Source: Candidatus Latescibacterota bacterium (GTDB taxonomy: Bacteria; Latescibacterota; UBA2968). From it: a DNA stretch of 64,000 nucleotides. Positions 9,957-19,562 of the stretch are shown one piece after another. The DNA is taken from the NCBI GenBank assembly GCA_965198115.1, contig OZ240241.1, positions 3,136,001-3,200,000 of the forward strand. Direction: 5' to 3'. The translations under genes and the position numbers were made by a program. Within the stretch, counting starts at the first letter, position 1. Each line of letters starts with the position of its first letter. The notes under the pieces are model-generated. The model saw only the letters and a program-made list of their open reading frames with translations. It did no database searches and was not told where the DNA came from.

Positions 9957-10892
9957 CTACCCCTGGACGAATGTATCCGAATGCGTCTTCAGTGAGGGGA
10001 GCCAATCAAGATCAGGCCGGACGACCCCGCCTTCATCGACTTCCAGGTAGGGCCCATCGGTTTTAGGCTGTGAGGAGGGACCGTACATGACGGCACGCTG
10101 TTCCGGCGTCATGCCCTCGAGGATCTCGGCGTCCCATTGCTGCTCTGGGTCGACATCATGGATCGCGGATCCCCGCCGAGCGGCGGTGCGGCACGCATAC
10201 TTGAAGAGAACCGTCCTCCGCGGATGTGCGGCCTTCCAGGGTCGGGCGCCGTGGGTCTGCGCCCCATCCATGAAGAACAGGGCGTCTCCTGCTTTGACTT
10301 CGGGCGTTTCGACGCATCCCATCTCATCTTCCATCGTGCGAACGCCGGGCGGGATGGGATAACGGGACTTGTGGCTCCCGGGTACACAGGTGAACCCGCC
10401 ATCGTCGGGTCCCGCGTCGGCCAGGAGGTAAGCGACTGTGACACCCCCCGCGAAGAAGGTTCCGTTCCGCGCATCATAGGAGACGTAGGGTTTATGGGGT
10501 TCGCCAGCTCCGTGCAGCATGTGGATCGGTGTCCCGACAATACCTCCGATGAACACGGGGCCGCTGTCGAGGCGAAACCCGGCGCCGCACATCTCGCGCA
10601 GCCGTCCCACGATTTCCCGATGGATGAGCATCTTCCGAAACGGCTCGCAGTGGGGTGGCTCGAGCATCAGCAGCCATGGCGCATTGGCGTGCGTACGGAC
10701 GAAATGGCCATCGAGCCAGGCCGCGTTGGCGGTTTGGCGGAGGAAATCCGAGTAGGCATCCTTGCCGTTCGCCATCCGATCATCAGCGTGGTCCAGGGCT
10801 TCATTCGCTGCGGCGACTTCGTCGGGCGTCAGGACACCCGGTAGGACGAGATGGCCTACGAGGTCCCAATAGTAGCGTTCTTTGTCAGTCAT
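9957..10892 (-). CDS. Phytanoyl-CoA dioxygenase (PhyH) family protein
   Basis: WDLVGHLVLPGVLTPDEV, GGFTCVPGSHK, KAGDALFF, THGARPW. Confidence 0.88.
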   Translation of the reverse strand: MTDKERYYWDLVGHLVLPGVLTPDEVAAANEALDHADDRMANGKDAYSDFLRQTANAAWLDGHFVRTHANAPWLLMLEPPHCEPFRKMLIHREIVGRLREMCGAGFRLDSGPVFIGGIVGTPIHMLHGAGEPHKPYVSYDARNGTFFAGGVTVAYLLADAGPDDGGFTCVPGSHKSRYPIPPGVRTMEDEMGCVETPEVKAGDALFFMDGAQTHGARPWKAAHPRRTVLFKYACRTAARRGSAIHDVDPEQQWDAEILEGMTPEQRAVMYGPSSQPKTDGPYLEVDEGGVVRPDLDWLPSLKTHSDTFVQG

Positions 10893-11046
10893 GGTGTCCT
10901 CGTAGTAGCAGGTCGGCACATTCCCCAGATCCGTTTGGAAATTTGCCTCGTTTTTGCCACCCCAACCTCCAGTGGTTAGACGAACAAGATGCGACGGCGA
11001 GGAACGGCGGGCAAGAGATGCTGATGGAGGGGATAAGGCAGAACAG

Positions 11047-11084
11047 GAAAGCCCCGCCGATCTGATAACCGGCGGGGTCTTTTC
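11047..11084. terminator. Bidirectional intrinsic terminator-like hairpin
   Basis: GAAAGCCCCGCCG-loop-CGGCGGGGTCTTTTC. Confidence 0.65.
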
Positions 11085-11444
11085 TGACCGTTCGGGCCAT
11101 TCACACACTTCCTACGTCAGGCCACCGATTGCACGCCCGACAGGTAGTTGGGCCAAACGATCTCGGTCACACGCCTCACGCTGCAGTCGGGGACCAGAAC
11201 CAGTTCGATGCGAACGATCGGAAGGGTGCTTTTCAAGCGACTCCCCTCGGGGAGTCGAACCCCCGTAAGTCTGGACGGCCGTAGCCTGCGCCCCTCAGCA
11301 AGTCCCACGCGACAGCTGCCAGACCGCGGCTTTCTGCTTCCCAGGCGGTAACTTGACAAGATCTCTCAACCTGCGCTCCGATAGCCGCTTTAGCGCAGGG
11401 TCACTGTCCCTTAGTACTCCTGTTCGCAAATACGGTGACGTATT

Positions 11445-12048
11445 CTAAGCAGACTTTGCCAAGGGCGTATCGTAGAACCTGAGTTTGTCGATCATCTCCG
11501 CGAGATCTGTTCGTGTGAACTTCCATTTGAAGGGTGTGGCGATACGTCCGTAGCGTTCCTGAAAACCGAGGATTCTTGCCTCAAGCTCTTCGAGCGATGC
11601 AAATTCGATAGGTGTCAGAGCCTTGCGTTTGAGGATCGAGAAGTAGATCTCGATCTGATTGAGCCAGCTTGCGTGGATCGGAAGGTGAACGGGGTGGATG
11701 TTTGGCCACTTCCCCTGGATACGGTCGATGCATGTTTGCCCTCGGTGCGAGGAGCCATTATCCACGATGAGGTAGACTTTCTTTGCCGAGCAATAGGGTT
11801 TCCGGCTCATGATCAGGCTCAGGAGCCGGTTGAAGGGCTCGATACCCGAAGAAGACTCACAGAGACCGAAGATTCGACCATTGTGCACGTCGAGAGCAGC
11901 CAGATAGGCCAGGGCTCCTTTCCGCTCGTATTCGTGTTTCAACGCGTGCCGCTCTGTTCGAGGCTGGCGGTAGGGTAACGTGCTTGCGAGCTCGTGCTTG
12001 AATACTGGTCTTTTCGTCGGCAGAAAGTACATATTCCCTCGGCCCTAA
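11445..12048 (-). pseudogene. IS630 transposase, C-terminal DDE part
   Basis: HEYERKGALAYLAALDV, HLPIHASWLNQIEIYFS; one extra base near 11938. Confidence 0.8.
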
Positions 12049-13342
12049 GGGTTCGCGAATAAATAAACGGTCGATCTCAATGTTGAGCCATTGGCCGGAT
12101 CGTGTAGTTCCAGTCGCCGTGGAAATCGTGCGGAGTGAGATCGATTTGGGTCATCTGTTCATCGGTCACCTTGACCCCGTTAGGGTAGGGTCGCTTGTCG
12201 ATCTCGGAGCGTACTCGGAGACCGGCTTGAGTGGTCGTTCCGGCAATGAGATTCACGGTTGCAGCCAGGCTGACCAGGGGCTTGCCTCGCCAGTTCATAG
12301 CGATGAAGGAGAACAGGCGATGTTCGATCTTGTTCCACTTACTAGTGCCAGGAGGGTAGTGGCATACGGTGATCGTCAGGCCAGTGCGATTCGCAAAGCG
12401 CTGCAGCTCCCACTTCCACAGCCGCGTCTTGGCGCCGTTGCTGCCGCCTGCGTCCGCCGTGATTAGCAGATGCGTCGAAGTGCCGTAGGCGGGCCGTCCC
12501 ATGTTCTTCCACCAACTTCGGATCGCATTCACGGCGAAGCTGGCCGTGTCGTGATCGATACCGACACTTACCCAGCCTTCATCACGGCTCAGATCATACA
12601 CTCCATAAGGGATCGCCTTGCCCTGAGCAGGCACTATGAAATCGTGTACCTTCACACGCTCCGGGTCTCCCTTGGGTCGCCATTCTCGGCCAGGATTCTT
12701 GAAGTCGCCGATCAACTCTTTCTTCTTGGTGTCCACCGAGATAACGGGAAGGCCCTGCTGCTGCTGCTGGCTAATCCGATCATCGAGGTAAACGAACTGA
12801 GCGTCCCGATCCGGGTGTGCAGATCCCTCCCTTGTCTTCCGATTCGCCTGCAGCGTGTAATCGTGTTCGTGCAGGAGATTGGCAACGATCCTGGGGCTCA
12901 CCGAATGCCCCATCGCTTGCAACTCGGCGGCCAGTTTGCGAGTGCTCTTCGATGTCCATCTCAGAGGATTGTCGTCAGGCGACCCCGCAGTCGTTGGCTC
13001 GACCAGATCATTCAGGTCCTGCCACAGCGTCGGGTCCGTGTCGGCCTTCCGCTTACGACCGCCGCCTGGACGCCGGATGCGAGCCGGGTCCAAAGGTTCG
13101 TCCGACCTCAACTCCTGAATGCCACGAAAGATCCGCTCTCTGGACATTCCTGTCGCCAGAGCCACAATCGCGATCCCACCGTGACCCAACGCTTCGGCTT
13201 CCGTGGCGGCCCACAGACGACGCGTGCGTTCCGTCAGCACCGGAGCCAAGGCTTCATACTTCGTTCGGAGAGTTTCGACGTCCACACTCCGAGCGTAAGA
13301 TCATTACCTTGAAAAGTGCAGCACTTATTTCGTGGCAAACCC
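12049..13342 (-). mobile_element. ISAzo13-family IS (1294 bp)
   Basis: IRs GGGTTCGCGAATAAATAA and GGGTTTGCCACGAAATAA; 3-bp TSD TAA at 12046-12048 and 13343-13345. Confidence 0.9.
12077..13285 (-). CDS. ISAzo13 family transposase, intact
   Basis: ISVDTKKKELIG, ITADAGGSNG, PPGTSKWNKIEHRLFS, FHGDWNYTI. Confidence 0.92.
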   Translation of the reverse strand: MDVETLRTKYEALAPVLTERTRRLWAATEAEALGHGGIAIVALATGMSRERIFRGIQELRSDEPLDPARIRRPGGGRKRKADTDPTLWQDLNDLVEPTTAGSPDDNPLRWTSKSTRKLAAELQAMGHSVSPRIVANLLHEHDYTLQANRKTREGSAHPDRDAQFVYLDDRISQQQQQGLPVISVDTKKKELIGDFKNPGREWRPKGDPERVKVHDFIVPAQGKAIPYGVYDLSRDEGWVSVGIDHDTASFAVNAIRSWWKNMGRPAYGTSTHLLITADAGGSNGAKTRLWKWELQRFANRTGLTITVCHYPPGTSKWNKIEHRLFSFIAMNWRGKPLVSLAATVNLIAGTTTQAGLRVRSEIDKRPYPNGVKVTDEQMTQIDLTPHDFHGDWNYTIRPMAQH

Positions 13343-13892
13343 TAAAGGCTTTCCTTGCCATTGGCGGTGATACAGATCAAGGACTCTACCTGCTTTGGTT
13401 TGGAAGTCCGGGTCCCGTGGGAAAATCCAGGAGCGATGATACCAAGGACGAATCGCGTCCTCGTTCAACCAGCGCCAGACAGTGGCGCCGCTGATCTTGG
13501 CAACGAAGCCCCTTTGCACTGCCTCGGCGGCAATCTCGGAACAGCTGAACCGCGAGAGCGGTATCCCGCTCTCGCTCGGTAGTTCACACGCCAGCGCCTT
13601 GATCTGAACGACCACCTGAGGGGGGAAAACCGGGCGGGCGCCCGGGACGAGATCTATCTTCGAGTCCCGAAAGACGCTCTTCGAAAAAGCGCTTACGCCA
13701 TTTGCTTACGATCGGACGCGGGACATCCAACCGTTGGGCGATAATCTTGTTGGATAATCCCTCGGCGGCGAGAAGCACGATTTTCGATCGGATCACTTGA
13801 TAATACGATAACGTATATTGTCCAGCCATTCGCTCGAGGTCGACCCGTTCCTTCTCAGACAGTAGCACCACATAAGGCGAACGTCTTGGCAT
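13343..13892 (-). CDS. IS630 transposase N-terminal HTH part (orfA plus start of orfB across a slippery site)
   Basis: IVLLAAEGLSNKIIAQRL..VSKWRKRF..DRSRPGRP; TTTTCCCCCC at the orfA/orfB overlap near 13621-13630. Confidence 0.8.
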
Positions 13893-14276
13893 TGTTCTCC
13901 TCCTTTTGAAGGAGAACATAAGCTACAAATAATGTTCAGAACATACGTAATAATGTTTATGAAACCATGCACTTAGTCCACACACGAAGGCTTCAACATC
14001 GGTGTCCAATCTCAATAGGGCGAGCAATTGTGTGATCCTGGCGCGGGAGACGCCTTCGCGTCTGGAAAGCTCCGCCTTGCTTGCTACCTTGCCCTCATCC
14101 AAGAGAAGCTGATATGCCCTGGCCTTCTTGAGATGGTTCGGATAAGATGGCAGTGATGCGTCGGGAGGCAGTCCGATGAGGATGACTGGCGCCCTTTTTC
14201 TTTCCTGATGTATGGGACAGGTGTCCCGAACAATACGTTTTTCAGCGAGAGTAGCAGTTGGGGAAACCAATTGACA

Positions 14277-14308
14277 AGGGGCCAGACGCTAGTCTGAGCC
14301 CCTTTTTT
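14277..14308 (+). terminator. Intrinsic terminator
   Basis: AGGGGCCAGACGCTAGTCTGAGCCCC followed by TTTTTT. Confidence 0.6.
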
Positions 14309-14382
14309 ACGTAAGAGAGTGCGCGAAGCAGGTCAAGGTCCATAGAAGCAATGTCTTCGCTGCCCAGAGCGTCGCTAACACC

Positions 14383-15339
14383 GTGCGTGAGCGGATGCAG
14401 CACTTAAGCGGAGCTGTCGTCCTTGCCTCTAAGAATTCAGAACTCCGACGTCTCTTGGAGATCTACAAAAGATCAGGTTGGGAGGAATCCGACCGGCAGG
14501 TTATGCAGAATCTTCTGCATAGCGTTCAGAGTGACTACGACTCGGACAGCGGCTTCATGTGGTCAAAGGAGAACCCGTTTGTGACCTGGTTCGTCCTGGA
14601 CACCACAGGCACCGTTCTGGCCCATTCTCAGCAGTCCGTTGTCGATTCGAATTTCGGGTGGCGCAACTACCTGGAGAGAGCTCTCGAAATGGGCCGTACT
14701 TCTCACGACCAATCTGCAGGAATCGGGCGCGTTTACAAGGCCTACAAGACGGACGAGAAGCTCTACAAGTTCCCGGTTTTCACGCCGGTCCGATCTGGAA
14801 CGGACCCTGGCACTCTACTCGGCGTCATAGTAGCCACGGTTACAACCGAATCGACCGTAGGCACACTTCTAAGAAGCGATGCCCAACTCAAAGCCGTGCT
14901 CGTTGGGAGAGGAGATCGAAGTCAGCCGCGGGATGCGAAGGTTCCGCTTCCCTCGGAAAACCTCATTGTGGGGCACCCGGCCTTCCAGCGTGGAGACGAG
15001 GCAGTTCCCATCTCGCACCATATGCTCCACGACGTCAGCGAGCGGAGGCTGCAAGCTGACGAACTTGTGGACGACGACTATCGGGATCCCGTCTCGAGGG
15101 TCGACGATCCGCTCTATCGAGATTACGGCGGACGATGGATGGCAGCATTTGCGCCGGTTGACAATGCCGAGTTCCTCGTCATTGTCCAGCAACGGTACGA
15201 CCAGGCTGTCGCCCCGATGAAGACCCTGAACAGGGTCTGGGTCTTGTGGGGCGGAATCGCTCTTTTCACGCTCGTAGGTGGTTTCATTGTCTGGTATTCG
15301 ATTCGACTCGGAATCAAACGCCGGTGGAGCGCACTTTAA
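14383..15339 (+). pseudogene. 5'-truncated Cache-type extracytoplasmic sensor domain with a C-terminal TM helix
   Basis: WFVLDTTGTVLAHS, NFGWRNY, WMAAFAPV..FLVIVQQ; frame open upstream (SNVFAAQSVANTV) with no proper start or N-terminal TM. Confidence 0.6.
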
Positions 15340-15902
15340 CTCACCATTCGAGAAAATTAGAAGTTAGGTGAGGTGTAACGAGGGCTACCCGGAGCTGCAC
15401 GGGGCACTCAGATCGTCAGGTCCAGACTCCCTCCCATAGCTCCTTCCTTCGAACGAGATAGACTGATGGCCATGGACTTCCACTCTGCTAACAGCAGGCA
15501 CGTCTATGCAGATCGACACGCCCACACTTCATGGGCCGATCATTTGTCTCGCTGCGTTGATTTCAGGGGCAAGCAGGTTGTTGACATCGGTTGTGGGGGT
15601 GGGATCTATTCCCGTGCCCTAGCAGACTTGGGAGCTGCTCACGTTTTTGGTATCGATTCATCGGATGCGATCTTGCAAGGGGCCGTGGACACATCCGGTG
15701 GTTATCCGCAGATTTCCTTTTCAAGAGGTGACGCCTGCGCGACGGGACTCCAGGCAGAGACCTGCGACATCGTCGTGGAAAGAGCTCTGCTACATCACTT
15801 GAATTCCTTGCCCGCAAATTTCGTGGAGGTGTTCCGAATCCTGCGCCCTGGAGGAAGCTGCATCATTCAGGAGAGAACGATGGAAGATGTTCTCCTGCCC
15901 CC

Positions 15903-17276
15903 GAGCTCAGGTCAATAGGTGTGTAAAAGAAATCAGGCGGCCATCTTCCCGGCTTCGACCTGCGGTCCGGTTGAGTGTTTCTGATCGTAGACTTGTTGTA
16001 GCAAGTGTGGCGCGGTGAGTTTCCTGAATCGGCTCTCTGCGACCTTGAGCGTACGCCAGATGAGAGTCGTGGCGTTCCTGACTTTCTTGAATCGCCTGGC
16101 GGCGTTTGTGCGAAGCCGAACGGAAGCAAAGGGGCTCTCGACGACGTTCGTGGTTCTCAGGTGTTTCCAGTGTTCCTTCGGGAAGTCGTAGAACGTGACC
16201 ATCCGATCCCAGTCTCTTTCGAGCGTCTCCACGGCGGCAGGGAACTGTGAGCGATACCGTGCGGCAAAGCGTTTCCGGAGCTTCTCGGCCTCCTTTTTCG
16301 TGCCGGCATAGGGGATCTGGACGAGCAGTGCGCGGGCTTCAGCCTGTGCACGCTTGGCGACCTTGTCGAGCACGTTGAGGATCTTGTGGTTCCAGCACCG
16401 TTGTTGCCGGCTCTCTGGCCAGACCTGATCAACGGCCGCCCAGATGCCCATATTCCCGTCCGCGGCGATCAGGACAGGATGTTCGAGCCCGCGATCCCGG
16501 AGATCCCGGAGCACCGTGAGCCAGGATTCTGTAGACTCTCGATAACCGGGTTCTATCGCCAGGATCTCCTTGCTGCCGTCGCTCATCGCGCCGATCACGA
16601 CCAGCAGACACGCCTTCTCGCGCTCGAGCCCGGCTTTGACGTAGATGCCATCAGCCCAGGCGTAGACCAGTTCGCGATTATCCAGACGCCTTTCTTTCCA
16701 GTCCTGGAAGTCGACCTCCCACTTCCCTCGAAGACGAGCGATCGAGGTCGGCGAAAGCGGCGCGCCATCACCGAGCAGCGCACGCAAAGACAACTCGAAG
16801 TCGCCCTGGGAGAGACCGTGGAGATAAAGGTCGGGAAGCAGATCTCCAATGGCCCTGGTTCTCCGGGCGAACAGGGGGAGGATGCGGCTTTCAAACCGCT
16901 CTTCCAGACCACGAACCCGGGGACGCCGGACCTTGATCGTTCCGCAGCTCGTCGAGAGACGCCGGGGCTTGCCGTAGCCGTTCCTGTAGCCCGTGGAGCT
17001 ATCGACCTCGGCTCGGCGCTCATACCACGACCGGCCCAAGAACGCGGTCGCCTCCTCCTCCAGAATGGACTGGAACCGGCTCTGGATCTCTTCACGGATC
17101 CAATCGTCAACCGTCTCCCACGTCGGCATGGACTTCAATGGGGTTCTATGCGTATGTTCCTTCACGGCGATCCTCCTTCCCAACCGGGCCTCTCACCCGG
17201 TTTTGTGTGAATCAACTATCTCACGGGAAGGGTAGGGTCGCCCTTTCTCTTTTTCCACACCTTTTGATTATAGCTC
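15903..17276 (-). mobile_element. IS256-family IS (1374 bp)
   Basis: IRs GAGCTCAGGTCAATAGGTGTG and GAGCTATAATCAAAAGGTGTG; 8-bp TSD CTGCCCCC. Confidence 0.92.
15933..17165 (-). CDS. IS256 family transposase, intact
   Basis: GYRNGY, WADGIY, QRCWNHK, LRTTNVVES; GTG start after GGAGG. Confidence 0.92.
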   Translation of the reverse strand: MKEHTHRTPLKSMPTWETVDDWIREEIQSRFQSILEEEATAFLGRSWYERRAEVDSSTGYRNGYGKPRRLSTSCGTIKVRRPRVRGLEERFESRILPLFARRTRAIGDLLPDLYLHGLSQGDFELSLRALLGDGAPLSPTSIARLRGKWEVDFQDWKERRLDNRELVYAWADGIYVKAGLEREKACLLVVIGAMSDGSKEILAIEPGYRESTESWLTVLRDLRDRGLEHPVLIAADGNMGIWAAVDQVWPESRQQRCWNHKILNVLDKVAKRAQAEARALLVQIPYAGTKKEAEKLRKRFAARYRSQFPAAVETLERDWDRMVTFYDFPKEHWKHLRTTNVVESPFASVRLRTNAARRFKKVRNATTLIWRTLKVAESRFRKLTAPHLLQQVYDQKHSTGPQVEAGKMAA

Positions 17277-17628
17277 CTGCCCCCTTCTCCAAGACACATT
17301 CGTGGCTACTTTTTCTCGGAGTTTCCTCGATTGAAGGATGTTGAATGGAAGCGGCGTCCATCTTCTGACGCTGTCGCTCTAGCGTTGGAGAAATCGGGAT
17401 TCAGAGAAATAGCAGCGCGTTCGCTGTGGGAAGTTCGGAGAGAGTATGATGACTTCAGTTCGTTGGCGGACGATCTTACCGCAAGATCGGGGCGATCGAT
17501 CTTGCACGAACTAGACGACTCGGAGTTACACAGACTGATCAGCCGCATTCGGAGGGACTGTGAGGCTCAGGTGCGCTTTGTGGACAAGGACAGATGGACG
17601 GTGTGGATTGCGCGAAAGCCACTAGGTA

Positions 17629-17668
17629 GCTGAACCGCGCCTACATCTGCTGAACCGCGCCTACATCT
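17629..17668 (+). repeat. Perfect 20-bp tandem duplication
   Basis: GCTGAACCGCGCCTACATCT twice, overlapping the methyltransferase stop. Confidence 0.85.
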
Positions 17669-17686
17669 ATGGAGACAAGAAAAGGC

Positions 17687-19074
17687 GGTGTTGTGCCTAT
17701 CGTAGTTGAAACTTAGAGGGCTCCAAACTTACGTTGGGTAGACGTGTAGGAGCGTATACCCGTAAGAAAGGAGCCCAGATGGAGAAGCTATTTGTAGGCG
17801 ATGGTGAAGTCAAGGTTGAGGGCGATGTCATCGATTTGGAGACGCGTTTGTCGGTGATCCAGGCGTTGATCCCGTTGGGTCTGGAGGCAGTGGCAGACCT
17901 CCTCCAGCAGGAGGTCGAGCAGCTCGCAGGCGTTCGGTATGCGCGCAAAGGTTCGGAGCAGGCGCATCGTCGGTGGGGAAGCCAGAAGGGATCCGTGTAT
18001 CTGATGGCCAGAAGCTCCCGTTAGACGTTCCCCGGGTGCGCGACGTCGAGGCCGACGCAGAGGTTTCCCTGGCTGCATACCGGGCTCTACAGACGCCCAA
18101 GAAGACGGACGAGGGGCTGTTGCTTCGTGTTCTCAAGGGGATCTCGTGCCGCAACTACAAGGCCTGTGCCGAATCGGTTCCAGAAGCGTTTGGTATCTCA
18201 GCGTCCTCCGTCTCGCGGCGGTTCATCAAAGCCACCGCGAAGAAGCGGAAGCAGTTCCAGGAGCGTCCCCTCGACGACTACGGCTTCGTGACCCTGTTCA
18301 TTGACGGAAAGAGCTTTGCCGACGAAGAGATCGTGATCGCTCCGGGGGTCACGATGGACGGCCAGAAGATCCCCCTGGGCTTCGTCGAATCGGCGACGGA
18401 GAACGAACGGATCTGCCGCCAGCTGATCCAGGACCTCATCCGGAGAGGCCTGTGCTACGACCAGGGCCTTCTCGTTGTGCTTGACGGCTCAAAGGGACTC
18501 CGCAGTGCTGTCACCAAAGCCCTCAAAGGGTATGTGCGCGTGCATCGCTGTCAGTGGCACAAGCGCGAGAATGTCGTCAGCTATCTCCCGGAGAGGGAAC
18601 GTCCAAGAGTTCGACGGAAGCTCCAGAAAGCCTATGACTGCGACACCTACGAGGAGGCAAAGGCCGCACTCGAATCACTTAAACCCGAACTGAAGCTGAT
18701 GAATCAGTCTGCCGTAACGAGCCTCGAGGAAGGCCTGGAGGAAACCCTGACCCTCCACCGGCTGGGTATGCTCCCATTCCTGAAACGAAGCTTCCGAACC
18801 ACCAACTGCATCGAAGCCCTCAACAGCAGGACCGGCGAGCTCACTCGGAAGGTCAGACGCTGGAACAACTCTCCCCAGAGACACAGATGGGTGGCTGCCG
18901 CACTCCTCGACATCGAACCTCGCCTGCGACGCGTGAGCGGATACAAACATCTTCCCCTACTCAGGCAAGCACTGAACAAAGATCTGAATCTCGACAACGA
19001 ACAGAATGCTCAAAAGAGAGCCTGACCAAACTACGGGGCCCGATGAGTTTTCAACTGACTATGGGACTTGACCC
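17687..19074 (+). mobile_element. IS256-family IS (second type) with a frameshifted transposase (17779-19025)
   Basis: Imperfect IRs sharing AGTTGAAA; near-TSD AGAAAAG(G)C; FIDGK, HRCQWHKREN, RTTNCIE; frameshift near 18000. Confidence 0.85.
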
Positions 19075-19562
19075 AGAAAAGCACCTCGACGCCCCTTGAT
19101 CTTGTGACACCAGCATCAGGATTGGTGCCTTCTGTTGCTCAGCCGGTAGCTTCACCAACTCCCGGAGTTTCCGCTCGTCACCGTCTCAATTCTGGCTCCC
19201 CGGTCGACGTCTCGCAGCCCACCACCCACAGCCGACCATCTACCTCAATAGAAGTGAAGCCGTCTCTGTCTTCTGTCCTCCGGTTTCGTGTACCGTCTAC
19301 CGCCTCTCCCCCAGCTCCCAGCCCCTGTCTTGCCTATCCCAACAGCCATCCCGCCTCCACCATCTCACCGTTCAGGTAATGCCCCCGCTCAGCCACACCC
19401 ACCAGAGCCCGTCCCCTATAGAAGACGTCCGCAATATATCGTCCGTAGGAGTTGCGGCAACGTGGCTCCGTTCGTAGGCTTAAGTCGCACTCCGCGACCC
19501 ACAGGGACACACCTCTCCCGGTCGCTTGCAAGGCGCCAGAAGAAATCGATACGGAAGTCTCT

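Larger units (their letters stand above)
11413..13973 (-). mobile_element. IS630-family IS, interrupted by ISAzo13 and frameshifted
   Basis: Imperfect IRs AGTACTCCTGTTCGCAAAT..ACGTA and AGTGCATGGTTTCATAAAC..ACGTA; TTAG at both junctions; DDE motifs ADEKT, VDNGSSH, SWLNQIEIYFS. Confidence 0.85.
11295..14270 (-). pseudogene. Small HTH protein gene (recombinase-associated type) split by the IS630/ISAzo13 nest
   Basis: Removing the IS rejoins ...LLDEGKVASKAELSRREGVSRARITQLLALLRLDTDVEAFVCGL with RDSDPALKRLSERRLRDLVKLPPGKQKAAVWQLSRGTC-stop in frame. Confidence 0.7.
15466..17633 (+). pseudogene. Class I SAM-dependent methyltransferase split by IS256
   Basis: VVDIGCGGG motif; removing the IS and one TSD restores EDVLLPPSPRHIRGYFFSEFPRLKDVEW in frame. 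Confidence 0.88.
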
